Positions 16,905-23,870 of a stretch of 32,000 bases of DNA are shown here, piece by piece (position 1 is the stretch's first letter; each line of letters starts with the position of its first letter). The stretch covers positions 1,470,001 to 1,502,000 of the forward strand of contig NZ_CP047931.1 in assembly GCF_014280175.1 (NCBI RefSeq), in the 5' to 3' direction. The position numbers and the translations under genes were made by a program. The stretch comes from Synechococcus sp. A15-28 (lineage in GTDB: Bacteria > Cyanobacteriota > Cyanobacteriia > PCC-6307 > Cyanobiaceae). Under the pieces are notes generated by a model that saw only the letters and a list, made by a program, of their open reading frames with translations, was not told the origin of the DNA and searched no databases.

Positions 16905-18326
16905 CTAATTAATTAGCGTCTGATACATTACCCTTGAAAGCAATCTAATGCCATCGTCATCTTTCAAAGTTTGAAAATCAGGCATATTATTGTAAAAAAT
17001 TGACAAATCTTCTAGCAATTCAGGATGAAATTGGAAAGTAAACGATTTTCGTATTTTTTGAGTTTGAAAATCTAAATAATTTATGCAAGTAGCTGCTACT
17101 TCTGTGCAGACTTCTCCATTTATACGAGTTGAGCAAACAATTTCAACAGATGTTGGTAGATTCAAAATCCAAGATAGATCTGATATCAATATCTTCTTTC
17201 TTATAGGATAAACTGCCTTGTGCAATTCTCCGAATGCCCAATTAGCAAAAAGAATTGCTTCCTGGTTAACTACATCGCTATGAAACATTTCTATATGGAG
17301 GTTTTTTTCATATGTAATAAATTTTTCGACAACACCCAGTTCATGCTCGTGAGATAGCTCATGACACATAAGTAAATTTGAAAATTCATCACTAGGATGC
17401 AGTCCAGAATGCGAATATTTCTTTAGGTCTACTTTGCCGACCTCAGGCTTATGGTTAAGCGCAACTGCAAAACAACTATCATTCCAGCCTTTTGCAACTA
17501 TCTTTTCATTTCTATAAACACATAAACTTTCTCCAACCAAGATAATTTCCGTACACTTCTTCCTGAGGTTGTCTAGATAGTAATTACTATCTTCAGAATT
17601 AATCAAAAATGATAAACAGTCATCAGTCGCTCTTTTGATTATCTCTATATGAGCCTGAGCAGCAAGTTGATGACCTAGGCAAATAAATATAGCAGGAGAT
17701 GAGTTTGAATCCCTTGAAAGTATAATTTCCTCAGCAACTTCTTGCAAATCTTCTAGCTTAATACTTGTATCATCAAAGCTTTTGCAATCTTTTAAAGTTG
17801 GATAACCCCCCTCTACGAAACACATAATACAGTTTTTAATCAATTCTATTAAAAGTTCATTATTTAAAGGACCAGCCTCCCAGAGTGGTATCAATATTGA
17901 ATCGCAGTCGGCTATATATTGAGACAAGTACGCAATATTTATAGATGCTTTAACCTCATTCCCATATGGATTTACGCCGACATGCTTAGCGGGCTCTATT
18001 ATACAAATAGAATTTCTATAAATTCCAGGATATTTTAGAATTTCTTTTAAATCATTATTCGATCTTACAACTCTTTCCAAAGGACCTTCTTCTCCCCATT
18101 GACTATTGGCAAGTAAATCCAATTTCTTATCATAAAAAGGTTCAAGCAAACTATTTGAATCTCTATCATTTATGAAATCGGCCAAAAGAAATTCAATACT
18201 TGTTCGATTTGATTTTCCAGGCCTGAAAAAGCCAGCCATAGCTTTAAATACTAACATTTTCCATATTAGCTTCTTTGTCAACCGTATTTTAGTATCTAGT
18301 ACGACAGAGTGGCATAGCATTAGCAC
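16905..18326 (-). CDS. Atypical class-I glutamine amidotransferase-like protein (473 aa)
   Basis: A nucleophile-elbow motif AIFICLGHQ lies near residue 216 and FQFHPE near residue 434. The gene is very AT-rich. The spacing and the N-terminal extension are much larger than in canonical GATase1 domains. The start is uncertain (GTG 18326 or ATG 18320). Confidence 0.7.
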   Translation of the reverse strand: MLMLCHSVVLDTKIRLTKKLIWKMLVFKAMAGFFRPGKSNRTSIEFLLADFINDRDSNSLLEPFYDKKLDLLANSQWGEEGPLERVVRSNNDLKEILKYPGIYRNSICIIEPAKHVGVNPYGNEVKASINIAYLSQYIADCDSILIPLWEAGPLNNELLIELIKNCIMCFVEGGYPTLKDCKSFDDTSIKLEDLQEVAEEIILSRDSNSSPAIFICLGHQLAAQAHIEIIKRATDDCLSFLINSEDSNYYLDNLRKKCTEIILVGESLCVYRNEKIVAKGWNDSCFAVALNHKPEVGKVDLKKYSHSGLHPSDEFSNLLMCHELSHEHELGVVEKFITYEKNLHIEMFHSDVVNQEAILFANWAFGELHKAVYPIRKKILISDLSWILNLPTSVEIVCSTRINGEVCTEVAATCINYLDFQTQKIRKSFTFQFHPELLEDLSIFYNNMPDFQTLKDDDGIRLLSRVMYQTLIN

Positions 18327-18364
18327 TTTAATGATAATTAAAACGTAATCGATAGTGAAATAGA

Positions 18365-18544
18365 ATGTCTATTTATTGCTTATCTAGTGTGTCAAGCGTC
18401 CACTCACAAGGGCGAGCAATCAAGATCTCGTTGACCACTGTATTGGGAGCTGCTGAGGCATTTATTGCCAAGTACGCAGAGTGGATCAATAGTCACGGCG
18501 TTGATCTCACCTCGGCTCAACCAAGCGAATGGGCGGCTAGCTAA
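18365..18544 (+). CDS. Possible 59-aa ORF
   Basis: Hand translation gives MSIYCLSSVSSVHSQGRAIKISL...EWAAS. It is below the track cutoff and has no recognisable motifs. Confidence 0.25.
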   Translation: MSIYCLSSVSSVHSQGRAIKISLTTVLGAAEAFIAKYAEWINSHGVDLTSAQPSEWAAS

Positions 18545-18614
18545 AAATCAGTGTTGGCAGCGGTTCAGATCCTTAGAGCGTTCTGTGTCAGAAGGTCAGC
18601 GGCATAACCAACGC

Positions 18615-18675
18615 TTAGCCAGCTCCAGGAGCCCAACCAGCCTCAGTACGCCAAGTTGGTGCTAGAGCTTGCACC
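18615..18675 (+). repeat. Copy 1 of an approximately 60-bp repeat containing two hairpins, the second terminator-like
   Basis: TTAGCCAGCTCCAGGAGCCCAACCAGCCTCAGTACGCCAAGTTGGTGCTAGAGCTTGCACC is followed by GGTTTTTA. The stems are CCAAC/GTTGG and GGTGC/GCACC. Confidence 0.6.
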
Positions 18676-18773
18676 GGTTTTTATGCGTGCTGAAGTTTTC
18701 CAGATGGTTCGTTCCAATACAGTTCACACCCCTAAAGGAGCTTTATAACGGACTTACAACTGAAGGAGGTGCC

Positions 18774-18968
18774 ATGAGTCGATCAAGGTCGTACAACCGC
18801 TTTCATCGTTATCTGGCTCGGCAGAAACGCTGTGGACTGCGCTCCGTCCTGCCGCAGTACCAGATGGAGTATGAGTACTACGGAACGCCCATTGATCACA
18901 GCCAAGACATGCTCAACAGGCTGAAAAGACGTGAAATCGAGCTTGAGCTGCTGGAAGCTCAGGCCTGA
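18774..18968 (+). CDS. Hypothetical small basic protein (64 aa)
   Basis: The ATG is preceded by GAAGGAGGTGCC, a strong Shine-Dalgarno sequence. The product begins MSRSRSYNRFHRYLARQKR.... The track ORF starts further upstream at 18669. Confidence 0.5.
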   Translation: MSRSRSYNRFHRYLARQKRCGLRSVLPQYQMEYEYYGTPIDHSQDMLNRLKRREIELELLEAQA

Positions 18969-18976
18969 CTAACTAA

Positions 18977-19037
18977 TTAGCCAGCTTCAGGAGCCCAACC
19001 AGTTTCAGCACGCCACGTTGGTGCCCAGAGCTTGCAA
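18977..19037 (+). repeat. Copy 2 of the approximately 60-bp repeat (about 7 mismatches by eye)
   Basis: The copy reads TTAGCCAGCTTCAGGAGCCCAACCAGTTTCAGCACGCCACGTTGGTGCCCAGAGCTTGCAAC. It lies 362 bp downstream of copy 1. Confidence 0.6.
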
Positions 19038-19142
19038 CTCTTCTGAGAAGGGCGCCTGGGCCAGCTGGCCTCAGAGCCTTCGGTGGAACGCCCAACGTGA
19101 TCGACATTAATTGAACGGGCAGAACGTTGAGCTCAGCTCGCT

Positions 19143-19526
19143 TTGACTGACTTCTCAGAGCTAGAGGCGCATCCCGGCAATCGTGACTTCGAGAGAGTCA
19201 ATGCACTGGTCTGCATGGGCTGGGAAGGCATCGAGTCAGCAGCAGTCCAAGAAGAGCCAACAGCAGAACTCTTCATCGCAGAAGACAAGAGCTTCGTTGA
19301 ATGCACATGGACCGCAGGCTTCAGCCTGAGTTCAGGCTCCTACGAGTTTTACGGCGAGGGCGAGACCTACACCGGTGAAGAGGATGCTGTCGAGAAGTAC
19401 GACACCAGTTCACTGGAGGGCGGCCTTCAGGTTGCAGTGAGAGTTCTTGAGGAATTGCTTGGCGTTGACCAAGTCGAATCAGCAAGAAAGATCGTTGAGC
19501 AACTTCAGGAGACCAATCCAGAGTGA
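19143..19526 (+). CDS. Hypothetical acidic protein
   Basis: The 127-aa ORF starts with TTG and is rich in Glu/Asp. I recognise no family, and the start is uncertain. Confidence 0.45.
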   Translation: MTDFSELEAHPGNRDFERVNALVCMGWEGIESAAVQEEPTAELFIAEDKSFVECTWTAGFSLSSGSYEFYGEGETYTGEEDAVEKYDTSSLEGGLQVAVRVLEELLGVDQVESARKIVEQLQETNPE

Positions 19527-19600
19527 TTCCGGCTTAGTTCCTGAACAGCGCCGCCTCCGTATTCACTGCGCATTCCTAATCAACTCGTCAAACTAGTCCA

Positions 19601-19632
19601 ACCAAAAAGAAACCCCCGCTTGAGGCAGGGGC
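19601..19632 (-). terminator. Rho-independent terminator of the DUF4278 gene
   Basis: The minus strand reads GCCCCTGCCTCAAGCGGGGGTTTCTTTTT: a GC-rich hairpin followed by a T tract, 23 nt after the stop. Confidence 0.6.
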
Positions 19633-19654
19633 TTGGGATCTGATTCAGCCTTGA

Positions 19655-19822
19655 TCACTTGGTGTAAGAAGCACCTCGGTAGGTCAGGCGTGGATGAGCG
19701 TTGCGAGCGACTTCTTCGCGGCAGGTGTTGTAGTGCTCGCGGCGGTAGGTCAGCTCGACACAAGCTTTGAGCGAAGGTGCTTGGGCTTCGTAGGAGTGAC
19801 CTCTGTAGAGAAGAGCAGTCAT
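19655..19822 (-). CDS. DUF4278-like small protein
   Basis: From the ATG at 19822 the product is MTALLYRGHSYEA...LTYRREHY...LTYRGASYTK. The repeated YRG.SY motifs are typical of cyanobacterial DUF4278. Confidence 0.65.
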   Translation of the reverse strand: MTALLYRGHSYEAQAPSLKACVELTYRREHYNTCREEVARNAHPRLTYRGASYTK

Positions 19823-19901
19823 GGTTTGTCCCTCAGAAAATTCCAAGTCCCCGTTCCGTGGCTTGGAGTGTCTGCGCCCCTGCGTACAGAGGTGAACGTT
19901 T

Positions 19902-19917
19902 TGTAGCAGATGCTACA
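19902..19917. promoter_or_regulatory. Candidate NtcA binding site (TGTA-N8-TACA palindrome)
   Basis: TGTAGCAGATGCTACA has perfect 7-bp arms. Its centre is about 88 nt upstream of the DUF4278 ATG. Confidence 0.5.
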
Positions 19918-20098
19918 GACAGATCATACGCCCGGGTCAAGCCCATGAACGTGCGTAACAACCTCGCTTAATCGCCCGCGCAGGTTTGTCGCTATTTGTC
20001 TTTGTTGAGCCAAGTGCCTGATGGGACAAGGCATATACTCAAACCCTACTCAAACTCTAAAAACAGGGTCAAAAAGCAATGCAGCACTGAAAACGTGG

Positions 20099-20118
20099 AC
20101 TACTCCAGAAAGGTCTGA
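20099..20118 (+). pseudogene. Remnant A of the rpsD 3' end (..YSRKV-stop)
   Basis: ACTACTCCAGAAAGGTCTGA encodes the same C-terminal residues as 16749-16768, with a TGA stop. Confidence 0.7.
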
Positions 20119-20148
20119 TCCGTTTCAAGACCTCTGTGTCCCCCGATG

Positions 20149-20181
20149 CGCAACCCTGGGTTCAGGGTTGCGTTTTTCTTT
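20149..20181 (+). terminator. Orphaned rho-independent terminator following rpsD remnant A
   Basis: The stem is CGCAACCCTG-GGTT-CAGGGTTGCG, followed by TTTTTCTTT. Confidence 0.75.
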
Positions 20182-20312
20182 GGCTGATCCCCAGATACTG
20201 CAGGCGCTCACAAGCCGGGACGGTGCAGAAAACTTTTCCAAACTCCAGCCCCCATTAACCGAAAAAGGTGGCAGGACTTTTTCTTAAGGCAAGAGAATCT
20301 GATTCCAAGCAG

Positions 20313-20504
20313 TCACTCGGCGATTTTCAAAGACTGCTCTAAATGATTAACGTGTCTTTCCAGGGTGATTTCACGACGGTGCATCTCAAGCTCACGCTCA
20401 TGGGTTTTCTCATCGATCCTGGTGCGGCCGCCATTCATCATCTCCGAGTAAGTCAGAGCTCTTGGCTTTTTTCGAGGAAGGTCATGTTCGTGCATCCAAG
20501 TCAC
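20313..20504 (-). CDS. Hypothetical small charged protein
   Basis: The 63-aa ORF has a GTG start or an ATG at 20495. The ACGTAATGACC motif lies 15 nt upstream. Confidence 0.35.
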   Translation of the reverse strand: MTWMHEHDLPRKKPRALTYSEMMNGGRTRIDEKTHERELEMHRREITLERHVNHLEQSLKIAE

Positions 20505-20663
20505 TGATTAATCGACTAACGTAATGACCAACCTAGTGGCACTCAAGGAAATGTCACCCTAATGCACCAATTCAGACCAGAATCTTAAGAATTCGGCTCA
20601 GACAATTCAAACAAGCGCCCAACACATTAATTCAAGACCTATCAACCAAGTGAGCTCATCCCC

Positions 20664-21785
20664 TTGAACAGTGACGCCACCACAAACCTTCGTTCAAGCG
20701 CACTTAGGCGCATTGATTTGAACATCAAGCCTTACATAAAAAGTGATGACATAATTGCCGCTTGGCAAATCATTAGCACGATAATCCCGTTAATCATATG
20801 CTGCATTGCAATTGGCAATATCACCAGTCAGCTAACATTAGTTTCAGTCATTCTAACCCCAGCACTGTTTCTATTAATAATCCTATTTTTGAGTAGAAGC
20901 TTTTCGTTGATGCACGACTGCGGTCACCACAGCTTATTCAGGTCAAAAACTGCTAATCGGATTGCCGCCTTTGCCTTGAGCATTATCCATGCAATGCCTC
21001 ATCACCCCTGGTCTAGGGGCCATGCATTTCACCACAAACACAATGGTAATTGGAACCGCTACAGAGGCCCGTCCGCTTTAACAACGCTTCGCGAGTACAA
21101 GGCAATGAACAAAGGCTCTCAATTCATTTACCAACTCTTGCGGCACCCCATATTACTTCTTCCGGGAGGTTTTTACTATCTCGTTATTAAACCAAGAGCT
21201 GCGCTACTCCTTGGACTCATTGAGTTTGTCGTCAAAGCAGTAGCCGATGGATTTCGCAAACTTTCAAACGGACATAACTTCAGCATACGTTCGTTTTTAA
21301 ACAATCACAAATCAAGCTTCTTTTATACCAAAGAGGAAGTTTACGACACTATTGCCAATACCACGTGCGTTGCACTCGCCTGGTACTTTATTGGGAGCAC
21401 GATTGGTCACTGGCATTTCTGGATTTTATACATCTCAGCCATGAGCGTCAGTGCAGCGATCATGATTGCTGTATTTTTTATTCAACACAACTTTCCAGGA
21501 TCCTATACTAGCAGCGACGAAAATTGGGACTACTTTAAAGGCGCCATCGAAGGCTCATCTTTTCTCATTATGCCTCGTTTCCTAAACTGGTTTACAGCAG
21601 ATATTGCTTACCATCATGTTCACCATTTATCCGAAAGAATCCCTAATTACCGCCTACGCATGTGCCATGAACACAACGAGAAAAAATTCGGCAGCGTTAG
21701 GCGACTGCATCTGCATGAATTCCGGAACTGTTTTTCATTGATCCTTTGGGACGATGAAACCCTTCAACTCACCTCAATCGAATGA
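20664..21785 (+). CDS. Membrane fatty-acid desaturase family protein
   Basis: Three histidine boxes are present: HDCGH, HAFHH (HAFHHKHN) and HHVHH. Several transmembrane segments are present. The start (TTG) is uncertain. Confidence 0.85.
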   Translation: MNSDATTNLRSSALRRIDLNIKPYIKSDDIIAAWQIISTIIPLIICCIAIGNITSQLTLVSVILTPALFLLIILFLSRSFSLMHDCGHHSLFRSKTANRIAAFALSIIHAMPHHPWSRGHAFHHKHNGNWNRYRGPSALTTLREYKAMNKGSQFIYQLLRHPILLLPGGFYYLVIKPRAALLLGLIEFVVKAVADGFRKLSNGHNFSIRSFLNNHKSSFFYTKEEVYDTIANTTCVALAWYFIGSTIGHWHFWILYISAMSVSAAIMIAVFFIQHNFPGSYTSSDENWDYFKGAIEGSSFLIMPRFLNWFTADIAYHHVHHLSERIPNYRLRMCHEHNEKKFGSVRRLHLHEFRNCFSLILWDDETLQLTSIE

Positions 21786-21930
21786 AAATGGCTTTGATAT
21801 CAAAGCAATATGCGAAAAAAAGCATTCATGTTGACTGCATTAACGGAAGAATTTATGCTCAATTAAAATATTGAGTTCTAAACACTCCGGACGCCGAGAG
21901 CGCTAGTGGGTGGCCCTGAGGACTGACGCA

Positions 21931-22026
21931 TGTTGGTGGTGAGGCATACCCACCCGAAGTTCCGGTGCGCTTCGACACCCTTGTGCCCCCGATGCGCGAC
22001 GCTGGTGAAAGGACTGCAATTTTTTT
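21931..22026 (+). repeat. Remnant B: decayed copy of the rpsD tail plus a terminator-like region
   Basis: TGTTGGTGGTGAGGCATACCCACCCGAAGTT resembles rpsD TGCTGGTGGTGGAGTACTACTCCAGAAAGGTT. TGTGCCCCCGATGCGCGAC matches TGTGTCCCCCGATGCGCAAC at 20135. Both are followed by a T-run and TTGGCTGA. Confidence 0.45.
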
Positions 22027-22674
22027 TTGGCTGAATCTGAGGCTCTGCAGAACCTCAGCTCCCAGCAATGGTGGGGGCTGATTCATCCAGTACTGATGAT
22101 CCTGTTCGTCTACCCGGTGACAGGGGCAACCATCCGCCTGGGAATCCTGGCGCGGGAGAGGAGGTTGAAGATCAACCCAATTGCGGAAACCGTGCCCATC
22201 GAACATGCCCAGCACGGCGCCTGGGTGACCGGTGGAGTGCTGGTGGCGCTGCTGATCAGCCTCAGCCACAGCCTGGTGGGTGGAGCCAACGGCATGCTTC
22301 TGCTGTTGGGGGTTGTCACGCTGATCGGATACCTCTCCCTACTGCGCAGCCGACTGATCTGGCAGCGGCTGCTGGCGGGCTCCATCTGCTGGGGAGCGTT
22401 ATTGACCCTTGGGCTGCAACCGACCGTGGAACGGCTCAGTGATCAGCCCTGGACGGTACTGTTCTGGCAATCCCATTTCTGGATGGGATGGATTCTCACC
22501 GGACTGCTGCTCAGCTCAACAGCAATTCAACCGCTGATCGCTCAATGCCCGCGGCTACGGCGCTGGCACGTGGCCACCAACGTGGTGGTGGCGTTGCTGC
22601 TTGCGATGCAGGCCATCTCGGGCAGCCGCAACCTGGTGATCAGCGGCCTGCAGACCATCCATGGGGCAAGCTGA
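22027..22674 (+). CDS. DUF4079-family integral membrane protein (paralog of 3090-3800)
   Basis: HPVLMILFVYP, LGLQPTVERLSDQP..FWQSHFW and MQAISGSRNL are present. The start is TTG. Confidence 0.75.
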   Translation: MAESEALQNLSSQQWWGLIHPVLMILFVYPVTGATIRLGILARERRLKINPIAETVPIEHAQHGAWVTGGVLVALLISLSHSLVGGANGMLLLLGVVTLIGYLSLLRSRLIWQRLLAGSICWGALLTLGLQPTVERLSDQPWTVLFWQSHFWMGWILTGLLLSSTAIQPLIAQCPRLRRWHVATNVVVALLLAMQAISGSRNLVISGLQTIHGAS

Positions 22675-22692
22675 ACCTATGTAGGAGCACCC

Positions 22693-22917
22693 ATGTCCAA
22701 AGCAAGAGATCTGATCAATGCCCATCTGTATCCGGTGCTGGCCACGTTTGCCGTGATCTATGGAGCGATTCAGATCGCACCCATTGCACAGCAGGCGCGT
22801 TACTTCAACCGTTGCGTCGAAGCAGCACCCCAAGGAGTCAACACAGCAAGGGCTGTGATGTTCTGCCACGGCCGGCCAGCGATGCTCAAAAAGACAAATA
22901 ACGAATTAAAGCTCTGA
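22693..22917 (+). CDS. Hypothetical small protein with one hydrophobic helix
   Basis: The 74-aa ORF has an AGGAG Shine-Dalgarno sequence 5 nt before the ATG. Confidence 0.5.
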   Translation: MSKARDLINAHLYPVLATFAVIYGAIQIAPIAQQARYFNRCVEAAPQGVNTARAVMFCHGRPAMLKKTNNELKL

Positions 22918-23033
22918 ACAAAATCAAGCTCATCAATTCAACAAAAACAGGAGGTTGAGCATTGTTCAAAGAACACTGTTAACGTCCTCGTGCTCGGCCG
23001 TGACATCCTCAAACTGATTGGCGAAGTCAAGGT

Positions 23034-23240
23034 ATGCCAACAATCTCTCGCCAGAACGCACAAAGTCAGCAGAATTGTCAATTCAGTCATGAGTCACCCG
23101 ACATGCCCAACTGGATCAAGCGCTCTTTGTCAGCTGGTGTCGCAGCGGGCACAGCACTCTTCACATTTGCTGTGAACGTCGCCTGGAATGTCTGCGCTGT
23201 AGTTGGGGCATCCATCCTCATCGGCGCAGTATTCGTCTGA
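23034..23240 (+). CDS. Small hydrophobic protein (alternative start at 23103, MPNWIKRSL...)
   Basis: The C-terminal half, AGVAAGTALFTFAVNVAWNVCAVVGASILIGAVFV, is membrane-like. Its stop overlaps the next ATG. Confidence 0.4.
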   Translation: MPTISRQNAQSQQNCQFSHESPDMPNWIKRSLSAGVAAGTALFTFAVNVAWNVCAVVGASILIGAVFV

Positions 23241-23374
23241 TGGGGGATTTACTGAAAGGACTGAAAACAGCATTGATGACATCGACTGTTGCTATTTTCC
23301 TGTTTGTTGCACCAGTTTTCGCCACTATCATCAAAGGGTTGATAACCGCGACAAGCATTGTTTTTGGCGTTTAG
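23240..23374 (+). CDS. 44-aa hydrophobic peptide, translationally coupled to the preceding ORF
   Basis: Hand translation gives MGDLLKGLKTALMTSTVAIFLFVAPVFATIIKGLITATSIVFGV. The TGATG overlap is at 23238-23242. It is below the track cutoff. Confidence 0.35.
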   Translation: MGDLLKGLKTALMTSTVAIFLFVAPVFATIIKGLITATSIVFGV

Positions 23375-23499
23375 GCTCCATCGACAAAAAGATCTGCATG
23401 TCCTGGGGTGCCTCAACTTACGCACTCCCAATACTTAAAAAGAAACTCATATTTCTTCATCAAGCAAATAATTCAGTAGGGTGCTTTCTTTGAACTGAC

Positions 23500-23691
23500 T
23501 TGTTGCCTGAGAAGACCACAATTCATGGGCAGTGGGTAGACATCTCCTCAAATAGTCGCATTATTTGTCTAATTAATCTACCCTTCGCTAACCACCCGAA
23601 CAAAGGACCAGGCTTTGTTTATGATTTCTTTTCAACTAAAGAGGAAGAAGACCTGCTGAGTCACGAGACGTTTTTCAAAGGGATCAAATGA
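23500..23691 (+). CDS. Hypothetical small protein
   Basis: The 63-aa ORF starts with TTG and overlaps the next ORF as ATGA. Confidence 0.3.
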   Translation: MLPEKTTIHGQWVDISSNSRIICLINLPFANHPNKGPGFVYDFFSTKEEEDLLSHETFFKGIK

Positions 23692-23870
23692 ATAAAAAAT
23701 TCATCATCTTTTGCGCCTTAGCCATCCCTTTGATCGTCCTTGTGTTGATCAAGGTGACCCAGAAATCCGAACCTTGTCCAACGATGGAACAAATCAAGGC
23801 CGCCAAACAATCAAATCCTGAACTATTTGATCGCTATCTTCATGGCTTTGAATACCAGCAATGCCGGTGA
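23688..23870 (+). CDS. Small signal-anchored or secreted protein
   Basis: MNKKFIIFCALAIPLIVLVLIKV forms an N-terminal hydrophobic segment. The product is 60 aa. Confidence 0.45.
   Translation: MNKKFIIFCALAIPLIVLVLIKVTQKSEPCPTMEQIKAAKQSNPELFDRYLHGFEYQQCR

Larger units (their letters stand above)
16765..20098. mobile_element. Integrase-less genomic island (2a) inserted at the rpsD 3' end
   Basis: It is bounded by the 16-bp repeat, visibly AT-rich, and carries its own replacement stop and terminator for rpsD. No recombinase gene is found inside. Confidence 0.55.
20216..21930. mobile_element. Second accessory segment (2b) carrying a small ORF and a desaturase, bracketed by imperfect copies of the rpsD-tail/terminator/DUF4079-start region
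   Basis: The block at 20135-20215 aligns colinearly by eye with 21982-22063. No recombinase is present, and the boundaries are approximate. Confidence 0.4.

Noticed and set aside
18465-18665. 66-aa plus-strand ORF ending inside repeat copy 1
   Set aside because: It overlaps the 59-aa candidate ORF in another frame and reads into the repeat and hairpin. The product is Ser/Arg-rich with low complexity, and nothing supports it.
20021-20287. 88-aa plus-strand ORF
   Set aside because: It runs through the rpsD tail remnant, the orphaned terminator hairpin and the DUF4079-start remnant, so it is a composite of relic sequences and not a gene.
4300-22040. tRNA or tmRNA genes as island integration targets at the four island boundaries
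   Set aside because: I looked for T-arm (GGTTCGAnnCC-like) and acceptor/CCA features next to every repeat and found none. The repeats lie in protein-coding termini instead. A tRNAscan-type search would confirm this.
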